Positions 1 to 10,477 of a DNA stretch of 64,000 bases are shown in pieces. The stretch is from an uncultured Nitrososphaeraceae archaeon (GTDB taxonomy: Archaea > Thermoproteota > Nitrososphaeria > Nitrososphaerales > Nitrososphaeraceae). A program made the translations under genes and the position numbers. The DNA lies in NCBI GenBank assembly GCA_963825865.1, contig CAWGVG010000005.1:64001-128000 (forward strand), read 5' to 3'. The notes beneath the pieces are model-generated. The model was given only the letters and a program-made list of their open reading frames with translations. It did not search any database and was not told where the DNA came from. The stretch's first letter is position 1, and every line of letters begins with the position of its first letter.

Positions 1-1
1 A

Positions 2-310
2 CCTGAACTAAAATCAAAGATGTGTGATCCTAATAACCCAAAGCTTAGGTTTGTTAATACAACTGAGTCAAATATATGTGGTATTCCAAAAACAATAAAA
101 AACGTCACAACACCAACACCAACACCACCTACACCTTCATCACCAACACCACCTACACCTTCATCACCAACACCACCTACACCTTCATCACCAACACCAC
201 CTACACCTTCATCACCAAAACCAATAACACCACCTTCATCACCAAAACCAATAACACCACCTTCAGAAACAATACCAACCCCACAGGAACCCATACCTGG
301 ATTACCATAA
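2..310 (+). CDS. C-terminal part of a Pro/Thr/Ser-rich, probably secreted or surface protein (5' partial)
   Basis: Frame open from position 2; CDPNNPKLRFVNTTESNICG followed by PTPPTPSS repeats. Confidence 0.6.
   Translation, partial: PELKSKMCDPNNPKLRFVNTTESNICGIPKTIKNVTTPTPTPPTPSSPTPPTPSSPTPPTPSSPTPPTPSSPKPITPPSSPKPITPPSETIPTPQEPIPGLP
119..268 (+). repeat. Coding tandem repeats, 4x24 bp plus 2x27 bp
   Basis: CCAACACCACCTACACCTTCATCA x4, then CCAAAACCAATAACACCACCTTCA(TCA) x2. Confidence 0.9.
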
Positions 311-537
311 CTACTACTACTAATAACATCACTCACCTATGATCTTTGTAATATTGCTGCTATTACTATGATACCACTATAACTGGTACTACCAACTAAG
401 ATGATAATAGAAATCCTACTGACTGACGAAATTGTCAAGAGGGCAAAATACGTAAACGAGATTTCAAATTATGTATCGGTTTGCTCATATATCTTGTTGA
501 ATTACTACTGCTGTCAGATATTTTTAAAGTATCATCA

Positions 538-744
538 TCAACAAATCTTATATATCCTCACGTTTGATTTTTGCGTGCGATGTTGATATTGCAAAGACCA
601 TATAGATTTACTACATGATGACCATATCTCTTTCCATTTAAAACCACAAATATTGCAACTCCACAATTGAATAGAGTTGGTGTTATTTATTCCACGTCTT
701 TTGACTGTTAAATAGCCACGTGATTTACAATTAGGACAGGACAG
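538..744 (-). CDS. Small zinc-ribbon protein, 68 aa, CTG start (not in ORF track)
   Basis: Translates LSCPNCKSRG...QLWSCNICGFKWKE; two CxxC pairs. Confidence 0.5.
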   Translation of the reverse strand: MSCPNCKSRGYLTVKRRGINNTNSIQLWSCNICGFKWKEIWSSCSKSIWSLQYQHRTQKSNVRIYKIC

Positions 745-1040
745 TTACGATAGCGCCTCTGTTAGCTGATCAACTCCAAACTGAACCAATGTTACTATGA
801 AATATTACTAATTTGGATTATTAATTTGATTTAACTATGTTAATTCAGATTTTTTAGGTGATAATAATAGTACGTTATTGAAACCCTCAAAGTAATTTTC
901 ATGTATAAAGATAACTAAGAGACCAGTAATGGCACTTATTTTTACCCATCACCACCACCAAACAGGAGGTAAAGATAAAGGCTTTAGATTCCCTACCAGG
1001 TACTACAGTATCGTTATCAAGTATATACAATTCACTACCT

Positions 1041-1262
1041 ATGATATGTCATAATTCTGTTAGGGCAGATCAGATGCAAGTATTTAATGTAGATAATAAT
1101 AATAATTCTGCTGCTACTACTACCATTACCTCTGGCCCTGGTTCTGATCGTAATAATAATAATAATAATGATGATGCTATTGAATATCTCGAATGGTGTA
1201 AGAACAATAATCCAAATCATCCAGATCATTGTAATTGCCATTGGGAAGAGTATCAGGTTTAG
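1041..1262 (+). CDS. Small hypothetical protein (Asn-rich, His/Cys C-terminus)
   Basis: 73-aa ORF ending HPDHCNCHWEEYQV. Confidence 0.35.
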   Translation: MICHNSVRADQMQVFNVDNNNNSAATTTITSGPGSDRNNNNNNDDAIEYLEWCKNNNPNHPDHCNCHWEEYQV

Positions 1263-1850
1263 TAAATAAATAAATAAAGAAAAGGGGTTAGTTTGTTAGA
1301 AAGAGCTATAGCTAATCCTATCCCGATTATTCTGTAGAGTAATAATACGATGACGAATGAAGACCTAAAGATAAATCCTAAAAGCAAAGAAGCGCTACAT
1401 AATTACATTCAAGCGTAAGAACCAGAAGGAGGCCTTACATTTCTTTATAATCTAGTTACTACTGATTATTACCAATAATGGGTAAATGACTAACTTCAAT
1501 TGATTTGATATTCTCATTAGTTATACGAGAAAAGTCAGCATTAAATCACATTAAATGCTTACTATTGATTATCGTTTTGTGCTTCTTCCTCTGTTGATGT
1601 CAACTTTTAATTTCTATCTCACTTAAGAACTAAAATTAGACCACAGAAATAATGTTTCAAAGCGATTGTTATTGACCTAACACTTAACATACCTCTATAC
1701 ATAGAAGCAGGTTACAAAATAACAACTCCTACGAACGAATGAACTCTCCTATTCTATCATATTTCATTTATTCAATGGTGTTATTATTTTTCTCTCCTCA
1801 TCATAATCAATCGTATTTATTCTTCATTGGCATTTCAAAAGAAAAGAGCT

Positions 1851-2315
1851 CTAACACAAGAACTCATACTGGTGTGTTCCAGTTTCCTTTACAATCCCAT
1901 ATCGCTTCAAGGTGTTTGTCCACTTCTTGATAGTTCGCATGTCTGTGCCTCTGAGAGAAGAGATAGCGTTATAGAGGTGCTTATCTAGAATAAACTGGGG
2001 GACTTCCTCATACCATCCAGTTTCAATTATGAACCTAAATAATTCCTCCTTTAGCTGATACACTTTGGGCGGGATTGCTTTGTTGTTTTTACCATTGCCA
2101 TCGCCGTTATCTTGTAAGAAAGTATACGAAATCTTTTGTGTGCTTTGTGCTTGTGTGTATCTAACTGCCAGATGGTTCTTGATAGCAATTTCAACCTCAT
2201 TTGAGAGACCATACATACCTGAATTCTTCTCCCTTACGACCTCTTTCAGACTGTCCATGAGATTTATTGGTAGAGAAAAGGTGTAATTGTTGTTACCTCT
2301 CCTAGTTCTTGCCAG
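1851..2315 (-). CDS. Putative RHH plus winged-helix DNA-binding protein
   Basis: The 135-aa ORF extends in frame to a CTG at 2315, 8 nt after GAGGAGG; N-terminal NYTFSLPINLMDSLKEVV...LSNEVEIAIKNHL (RHH-like); C-terminal DMRTIKKWTNTLKRYGIVKE (wHTH-like). Confidence 0.6.
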   Translation of the reverse strand: MARTRRGNNNYTFSLPINLMDSLKEVVREKNSGMYGLSNEVEIAIKNHLAVRYTQAQSTQKISYTFLQDNGDGNGKNNKAIPPKVYQLKEELFRFIIETGWYEEVPQFILDKHLYNAISSLRGTDMRTIKKWTNTLKRYGIVKETGTHQYEFLC

Positions 2316-2622
2316 CTCTTAAGCCTCCTCTCCTCTAGATATATATATATTTGTATTGTTGTATTGTCCTTTTTGTATAGTAGTATAGTGTAGTATAGTA
2401 GTGTAGTACTGGTACTATTAGTATATTGTACTCATAAAAGTGAAAAAAATGTAAAATATTGATAAAACGTTCATAAGATTTACAGGCAGCAGCAGAGCTG
2501 CAAGGAACAGCACACATGCACACGACACACACGAGTTCATGCGTGTTTTATATGTGTAGTTTGTGCTCCTGCTGCCTGCATTGTTTACTACTACACCTCC
2601 TCATCAGTATCGATATTGAGAT

Positions 2623-3372
2623 CTAAGTCAGAGTCATTGCCATCATCAACAACATCATTAAGGTCGATTGATTCTGTTGCTGCTTGCCAGCTGCTTCCTT
2701 AGTCTTCGCCGCCTGCTGCTCTTCAATTCTATCTTTACGATACTTGACAAATTCCTCATCTGAATCTATATTTAACTCGGCTTTTAGTTCCTCAAACTTT
2801 GAAACTACCGCTTTCATAGTTTCATAGTTTGTAACCAGATCTTGGAGTTCATCTTCAATCTCCTTACGTCTAGCAACTATGTCGATCATTCCTTCGACAT
2901 CTGCAAGACTCTCCTCCATCTCCTCCCATTTTGTGTGTGTTGCCTTGTATTTCACATACTCAATGTAATCCTCGATATCACCTATCGCTCCAGGACTAGA
3001 CGATACTGGTTGCTCGGATATGACCCTTCTGTAATCTCTTTTAGGAAACAACGTTGTCAACTTGTGCATTATGTATTCCCATAGTCTCTCGCTCCCAACC
3101 GCTGCAAGAACACCGTCTATCCTACTCTACTGTGTTCTAAAAAATCACTATCGATTACATTATCATAATTTGATAGAAATCCTCTCTCTTTGAGGCGTGG
3201 ACTGTATGATAGTATTAGAGGAGGCTCTTTGATCAATCCAAAATAGTTTAGTGTTTCTTCGTCAATTCCTATCCTTGGGATATCTCTAACCTTCGAAGCG
3301 ATATGTAATCCAACCATATCGTAATCAGTTATGATTACCACATGTCCACCTGATCTTGCTGGCAGCTCGAAC
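2623..3372 (-). pseudogene. 5'-truncated, frameshifted TOPRIM (Topo VI-A-like) C-terminal remnant
   Basis: HVVIITDYDMVGLHIA (DxD motif), PRIGID, SRV(E)IDGVLAAVG; joins the 2623..3069 ORF across a frameshift. Confidence 0.55.
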
Positions 3373-3580
3373 TAACCTTTTGGCATACTCTGTTAGATAG
3401 CCTGTTGTTTCTACTACTCATCATATCATAATCATAGAAACAAGTTCATATTAAGACATGCTAAACCATGTAAGTTAACGTTGTTAACTGCCAAGTAGTG
3501 TAAGGCTGAGTTGAATTAACTATGTTAATCATTGCCTATATAAGACAAAGTAGAAGAGATACAATAGCATATCTAGACAT

Positions 3581-4582
3581 ATGTTAAATGCTAATAATAA
3601 TGAGTACAATAAAAAGGAACAATTCAAAACTGTATCGTCTTCTTCTTCTTCTTCTTCCAGATACAGAATACTGAGCCTAATAGATAATTTTATCGAACAG
3701 ATATTCCAAATCAGAAAAACGCTCCTAGGAGTTTCTATTTCTGCATTAGTATTAGCTACATGTATTACTATAGCATTGACCATAGTAGTTTTGTCAATAA
3801 TCCCATTTAACATTGTCTTTGCAATAGCTGAAAATAGTAGTACTCAGCAGCATCAGCAACCCAACCTAAACGCATCTTATATTTACCAAACTCATACTAT
3901 GGTTCTTGGCAAGGATATAAAGAACCTTGTAATAGTAATTCCAGATGAAGGACACGAAGATCCTAATCAATCTCCAAAGGATTTAAGAATTGTCAATCAG
4001 CCATATCTTCCTCAGAATGCAGTAGTAAATGTTGGTACTATAGTAACATGGTTTAATGCAGATGTTGATCATCCTCACACGATAAGTCTAGTAGATAATA
4101 ATTCGAAGAGTCTTATATATGAAAGTGGTATTATCAAAAATTATACTGCTTCAAGGCCAATTAAGCTTAACAATACTGGTACTTTTACTTACTCCGGGCC
4201 AAGTTTTGATAAGGGTGTTCCAAGCTATAAAATGAATGGAACATTAACAGTAGTCAACCAACCGCTAACTACTTCTTTTAATAATAATACTACCACTGCT
4301 AGCACACCATCACCAACAGTAACAACAACAGCAACTAATAATGTTGACACTATATCTACACTTATGGTACCAGCAAATCAACTTGACAAAGCCATTTCGG
4401 AAATAAAAGGTCAAGGTTTTGGAATTGACAATCAATATCCATTTATGAGTCTGCGTGGAGGTGGTTCAACAGCTGGAGGAGATAGAAATCAGGTATTATT
4501 AGTATTGACAAGTTCTGGAAAGAGTCTAAATGAAGTAATATCTGCCTTGAACAACATATCACCTACAATGCCATATAGATAG
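3581..4582 (+). CDS. Membrane-anchored cupredoxin-fold protein
   Basis: N-terminal TM; YLPQNAVVNVGTIVTWFNADVDHPHTI...GTFTY...MNGTLTV pattern. Confidence 0.7.
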   Translation: MLNANNNEYNKKEQFKTVSSSSSSSSRYRILSLIDNFIEQIFQIRKTLLGVSISALVLATCITIALTIVVLSIIPFNIVFAIAENSSTQQHQQPNLNASYIYQTHTMVLGKDIKNLVIVIPDEGHEDPNQSPKDLRIVNQPYLPQNAVVNVGTIVTWFNADVDHPHTISLVDNNSKSLIYESGIIKNYTASRPIKLNNTGTFTYSGPSFDKGVPSYKMNGTLTVVNQPLTTSFNNNTTTASTPSPTVTTTATNNVDTISTLMVPANQLDKAISEIKGQGFGIDNQYPFMSLRGGGSTAGGDRNQVLLVLTSSGKSLNEVISALNNISPTMPYR

Positions 4583-4933
4583 ATAGTAGCAGCTCAACAG
4601 AAGACTAACGCAATAGAAGAAGATAATTTATATACAAGTAGGTAAAAAACCTATGAGGAAGACTTTTTTATTCCATTTTCTGCGTAGAGGCAAGCTTTAA
4701 AGATTTTTTCAGCTGATAAATAAAAAACATTATAGAACGTATACTGATTAAAAATATTACATTTAGCAGTCTACTTTAGTCAGACACTAGTCAGAAATCA
4801 TATAATAATTGTTTACGTATTGTTGTATTTTATGCGCGCTTATGAAATCCTTCTAAGATTTACACTATGCAATGCAATCTATGTTTCAAGAACTATCATA
4901 TTAGATTGATAAATAGTATTTAAGTTATCCAAT

Positions 4934-5420
4934 TCATTTTACCACCAGTACCGGACATGATGCATAGGTGACAACTCCTGAAGCAACGCTTCCAAGTAAC
5001 ATCTTTTTAAAACCTGATCTTCCTCGGGTACCTATCACGATAAGATCAATGTTTTCATGTTCAGCGTAATCTACTATCTCACCTACTATGGGTTTAGTTG
5101 CCAGGATTACTTCTGTTTTAAGCCGTTACTTTGTCCATATTTTTATTACCATCATTGTTAGTTTGTTCTTCTTTAATTTCATCTATCCAATTCATAACTA
5201 CATGCTTAGATATATTCAAGAGCTCTTCTAATGACCCAGTATCAGATGGCGGTATATCAAACAAGTATGCATAACCATCTGGAGTTAAAACGTGAATAGC
5301 AATCAACTCTGAGTTATTTTTCTTTGCCATCATAGTAGCATATCGCGCCGCATTCTTAGATGATTCCGAACCATCCATAGCCACTAATATTTTTGAAAAT
5401 TTTCGTTTCAATAACTTCAT
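4934..5420 (-). CDS. Universal stress protein (frameshift near 5118)
   Basis: FSKILVAMDGSESS at N-terminus; second frame has DLIVIGTRGRSGFKKMLLGSVASGVVTYASCPVLVVK. Confidence 0.9.
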
Positions 5421-5660
5421 ATATTTTATTATCATTAGTATTAATAGATGTAAATGGAAAAAGGATTAAAAAAGTACAAATTTCTTGCTAGGTACACAAT
5501 AGCAGAACAGTTAATCATATGTTTTTCTTTTATTATGAGATTCAAGCCTTAGGTGAATCTCTCAAGGATTTTCTTTCTCCGCCCCCCGATACAGGTTTAT
5601 GATCGTTGTCAAAAGATTCGGTCTACATAGCAACTACGTTGTCAATCTACTGCTTTCTTT

Positions 5661-5867
5661 TTATGGAAAAGGTAAAGGTAGATCGAAAGGGGTTGTTGTG
5701 TATTTTGTAGAATGTTGAGTCTTTTTATTATTTGTGCAGGTAATAATGTCAGCACTACATTTGTTGTGACTAGCAGCAGGAGTAATAGTGGTAGTAGTAG
5801 CGTTCGCTTGTTGTTGCAACAATATTACTACTGAAAAGACTCCTCCTATTACTACTAGAGCTGCCAT
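5661..5867 (-). CDS. Small secreted hypothetical protein
   Basis: Hydrophobic signal followed by QQQANA; C-terminal TPFDLPLPFP. Confidence 0.45.
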   Translation of the reverse strand: MAALVVIGGVFSVVILLQQQANATTTTITPAASHNKCSADIITCTNNKKTQHSTKYTTTPFDLPLPFP

Positions 5868-5881
5868 TGTTAGCAGTAGTG

Positions 5882-6391
5882 TTATGATGATAATAGGCGG
5901 TGAATCTCCTCCTTAAATTTCCTCCTTATACATAACAGCAAATAACTTCCAAGTAAGATTATTGAAACTTGCAGGACTTTACTGAGCATATCAATGAAAC
6001 CAACGTCTTCTTGTAGTCCTACTATTGGAAAATTGATAATTCTAGATGATACATATATTGCAATTAATACAGCTGACCCTACAATAGATATAGTATAAGG
6101 CAGTCCGCCATTAAATCTGTTTTTAATTATAAACATCCATGCTGCAATTCCAAAATAAGCTACAGCTGTAGTTGTAAAGAATATCGTCTCAAGTGTTGCT
6201 GCCACTTCCTTTCCAGCTTGTGCAGATTCTTCTAATGCAGCTATACAATAAATTAGTCCCGTAAGAGCCATAAGTGCTGTCAGAACTAATGGTAGTTTTG
6301 GAGTAAACATTAATGGATTTTTTATTTGCAGTAAGTTGCTTACTTTTTTATTATATGCATTATCATTATTATCGAATTTTCTTTTTGTCAT
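5882..6391 (-). CDS. Hypothetical membrane protein (~4 TM)
   Basis: 169-aa ORF with four hydrophobic segments. Confidence 0.7.
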   Translation of the reverse strand: MTKRKFDNNDNAYNKKVSNLLQIKNPLMFTPKLPLVLTALMALTGLIYCIAALEESAQAGKEVAATLETIFFTTTAVAYFGIAAWMFIIKNRFNGGLPYTISIVGSAVLIAIYVSSRIINFPIVGLQEDVGFIDMLSKVLQVSIILLGSYLLLCIRRKFKEEIHRLLSS

Positions 6392-6730
6392 GTGAATGGA
6401 GTTGACTATGAATTAGATATTATTAAAAACAAGGCACGCACTGAGTTACAGTGCACTATATATTCCCAGGTACTTTTATAGTTAAGCAAAGCATAAATCT
6501 CACAGCATGCTATAAGATGTAACCTCCATCATAGCACCATGATGGATGGAACAATCATTGAAAAATAGCGAATATATCCCTGTACCTGCCATTACAGCAC
6601 TATCCATAATAGCTTCCAGAGAGAGAGTGACTCTATCTACACTACAGAAATAGTAATAGAGTCTTCTTCTATATTTTTGGATGTAAATAAACGCAAATAA
6701 AAAATAATCATTTTCTTCAAATACTAAAAA

Positions 6731-7048
6731 GTGGAGATCATTACTACATATATGTATATGACAATGATAATATCTTCTGTACTGTCTATTGTTGTAGTAT
6801 CGTTATTATTAATTGCTGGTTCAATTGAAAATGCTGCCAAGATACAACAAGCGATGGCACAGAATTCCGCCGGTGGCAACCTGAAATTAGGTCCACTTGA
6901 GAAAATGACTATTACAGGACTGTCCAGGCTATCACCTGAACAGAAGCAGGTATTAGAACAGGATCAAGCAAAAATCCATCACAATCCTCAATTGTCGTCA
7001 TCAGATCAAGCTATTCTTGGTCCAATATTAGGAACACAAACGAAGTAG
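6731..7048 (+). CDS. Secreted hypothetical protein
   Basis: Signal-like N-terminus followed by QQAMAQ. Confidence 0.55.
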   Translation: MEIITTYMYMTMIISSVLSIVVVSLLLIAGSIENAAKIQQAMAQNSAGGNLKLGPLEKMTITGLSRLSPEQKQVLEQDQAKIHHNPQLSSSDQAILGPILGTQTK

Positions 7049-7392
7049 AGAGTTTGTTAGTAAGTTAGTCATTTTCTATAGCAATAAAGAACAAGTGGAT
7101 AAAAAGAAGTAGAAGAGAATGAAACAGTTTACATCGTTCTTTTCCAATAGTAGGAGATTCAACATTCCACCACTTGTTGTGAAGATACAAAGCAGGTGCC
7201 TGTTTGTAGATTGCTGTTTATCAGAATTGTTTCTTCATTATTGTTTCTGTCATGAACTACTACTGTTTTGTGGATAACCTTGACATGATCATGATTATGA
7301 TCGCATCCGTCTTTGTGATCACATGCTCTTGGGTATTGTAGATTATTTTGTGAATACATTTGATAAAACCATTCAAAAAATAAATATATCTT

Positions 7393-8200
7393 ATGAATAT
7401 AGGTATAGATCCAATTTCATTGAATGCAAGTAAAACTATTTTCAATAGAGTGATAATGATCACAACTGCTATTTTGATATCTTGGCTTTTATTAATGTCA
7501 GTGATCATAACAACAGAAAGACATCAAGCTTTTGCAAGATGTCCTAATGGCACTCACAAAAGCCCTAGTGGTGATTGTGAACCAGTTGTCAAATCTTCTA
7601 CAAAATTACCAAGATGTCCTAATGGCACTCATAGAAGTCCCAGTGGTGATTGTGAAAACGTTGCATCATCATCTCCTTCATCCCCTGAAGGTGTAACACG
7701 TAGTGAAGGTACCAGCACAACAAGCAGGAGCCAGAGTGAAAATAATAATAATCCTTCTTTGCTCGCCTACAAATCCCACTATCACTACTACTACTTCTAC
7801 GTCAGGCGGACAATGTGACCAATCACTTTGGAACCATGTTTATAATCCAAGCAGATTACAAGTAGTCGAACCGTGTAAAACCGTTTCAGGAATAATAGAA
7901 AGTAAGAGAGTTGAAGCAGACGGAGATTATCATATAAGATTAAAGTTAGATCCAGAGTTTGCTAACCTTGTAAATGCAGCTAATGTGAAAGGTCAATTTG
8001 GAGATTTGGTTTTAGAGCCTATTTGTATGAACCGAGTAACACAATTGGATGCAATATCGGCTTGTCAGAACTTTCATCAAAACATCGATATTCCAGCAAT
8101 TGGTTCTCATGTTGAAGTTACAGGCTCGTATGTTCTCGATAACGAGCATGGCAAATGGGCTGAAATCCATCCAGTAACTTCTATAACAAAATTACCTTAG
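7393..8200 (+). CDS. Secreted protein with two Cys repeats and an OB-fold-like C-terminal domain (frameshift near 7760)
   Basis: Signal ..QAFA; RCPNGTH(K/R)SPSGDCE x2; LWNHVYNPSRL..EADGDYHI..VTGSYVLD.EHG.WAEIHPV. Confidence 0.65.
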
Positions 8201-8251
8201 CTATATAAGCAGTAATATACATAAATTCTACTTTCTAGATCATATAAATGA

Positions 8252-8455
8252 ATGACTTGGAAATTGATTCATGACGATGAAACTGTCGGTGAATGGTCTG
8301 ACGATTTAATCGATAAAATAGTGAATGAATTAATAACTAAAAAGAAACCAGCCCTATCAAAGTCTCAAAGCTTAAATCAAAAGGAAGGCGCCAATATAGT
8401 AGCAGAATTTCTCCCTGATCCAATTCGAGAAGCATTACTAAATTTACAGAAATGA
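8252..8455 (+). CDS. Small hypothetical protein
   Basis: 67-aa ORF with protein-like composition. Confidence 0.45.
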   Translation: MTWKLIHDDETVGEWSDDLIDKIVNELITKKKPALSKSQSLNQKEGANIVAEFLPDPIREALLNLQK

Positions 8456-8710
8456 CGAATACTGACCAGTGAATACTGTTGGAAAAGTTACCAAGTACAT
8501 GACATACTCGCGTACTTGATCTTACGCAAAAGGTTCCCATTTGTCGTAAGTTTCTATAAATAGGGAAATTTCCCAGTTTAATTAGAAAGTCCTAAAAAGG
8601 ATACTTATGGATTTTCGATTACTAACACTTGCAAGTACTAATCCCGAATTCGATGTCACTTATTCGATTCTCGACTATTTCGCTGTAGCAATGCTTGCAA
8701 TAATAGCATC

Positions 8711-10477
8711 TCATTTCTTTGGCACTCCTTTGCACAGGTGCTTTTCCATGAACCACTTATCCCCTCTTTGCTTGCAGTCATGACAAGCCCAAGTATCAGA
8801 ATGGCCTAGACGATAGATTGATTTGGGTCGGATAATATCGTTCGGATCGTTCGGATCGTTCGGACTGCTAATTTGAGCGTGATTTTGGGGTATTTTGTCG
8901 AACGATATTTTATCTTCGAACGATTCGAGCGATTCGAACGATACTTTACGTATCTTGATAATCTTGACCCTTGTTTTCGTATCTTTATCATACTTGATTG
9001 TGATTCCAATTTCCCGAAGGTTTGTCTTGACTTCCGTAATCCTTCTGCTTAAAGAATTAGCAGATTTAGGCCACAACTTGTACTGGTGTTAATCTTTAAT
9101 TCATTGGCAATTGGTTCAAGGTCGTTAAGCAGATTTGTTGCAGTCCCCTCCCATTCCTGCTTATCTTCCATAAGCTTTATGATTGTAGTCCCAACAGGAC
9201 TTGACTCAATTGCTGCTTCTACCTGCAGGCCAATGTTATTGTAGTAAGCACCAAGGAATTTGTTATCTTCGTGACCCATACACCTTGATATAATTTCGCC
9301 TAGTTCGGCAAAGTCTGCCATCCTAGGAAGGCCTTCTTTTATCTCAATTCCACCACTCCTTTTAACTTGCAGCACCTTTGCTAATATGTCAAAAATATAG
9401 CCAAGGAGTTGAGGTTTTATCTTTTCAAACCTCTGCCATATTTCTTCAATTCTTCGAATTTTATCTTTTGTTATGCGTTCAATTCTATGATAATCCCCCT
9501 ATCGAGAAGGTCTGCTTTTGTTGCAGCTAAATTAATTCCGTTAAGCCCTATGCACCTCTTGAAGTTGTAAATTATATCGTCATCATCGCTATACAACTCT
9601 CTCTTAGAGAACCCACTACCAGTTACTGCCCTACATAATTGGTCAGATATCCATTCTGGAATATTTGACATGTTATCGAAATATGCAATGTAATTATGGC
9701 TTAGTTTCTGAACCAGTTCGTTGATATCTCTTGGAAATGTTAACGTAAGTATACTACTTGGATCAACCAGCATTTTTATTAATTCTTGAAGTGTCGATTT
9801 GGCGCTTCCTTGTTCTCCATGCAACATCAAAATAGGTTTGGGATATCTGGATAGAATAACGATATAATATAGCATTTTAACAACAATTTGTTATCTTCGC
9901 CTTTGACATTGATTAACTGCATGAATTTATCAAAAATGTCTGGTGTGTATTCCTTTGATGGATAAACTTGTGGCTGCTGGTTACTATATCTTTTAAAAAT
10001 GAATAGGTGCATATTCTACAGTCCAGCCATTTTCTGTGATTTTTACAGCCAACCATTCTTTATTTGTTAAATCGCAGAAAATTGTATGTGCTTCTGCTGG
10101 AATACTACTATTTGCAACACGTAGAATGCAGATTCCTTGCATATACCGTCAAATTCTGCCCTTGCTTTCAGTATATTCAGAACATTAGTGACATTTTCAT
10201 TATTCAATACATCTTGTTCAAATTTGTAAAATGTCCTGCAGAGCCAATTTTTGAATCGTGAAGATTTAAGGGGAAGGGTTTCAGTATGCTCACCAATTCT
10301 TACAGCAGCATAAGGTGATCCAAACTGGTCAAGGAATAACTCAGAACATTGTTCTTCAACTAGTCCCAGTGCTATTTGTGCAGCATCTTCTCTTATTACA
10401 GCAGAAGCAGCGCGGCCATTATTATTACCATTATGTTGTTCACCAGTAGTAGTATTACAGAGTATGTCCGTTGCCAT
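8711..10477 (-). CDS. SF3-like helicase/ATPase replication protein, split into five ORFs by frameshifts
   Basis: Walker A HGEQGSAKST, Walker B IAYFDN, GLNGIN, DLLDR, LPRMADF; C-terminal CHDC..HLC zinc finger. Confidence 0.75.
8837..8942. repeat. Inverted 9-bp iteron arrays (putative replication origin)
   Basis: ATCGTTCGG x3 (8837-8863) facing TCGAACGAT (8898) and TCGA(A/G)CGAT x3 (8916-8942). Confidence 0.8.

Noticed and set aside
119-268. Possible CRISPR array
   Set aside because: Repeats are contiguous, have no spacers and encode Pro/Thr/Ser in frame; no cas genes in the window
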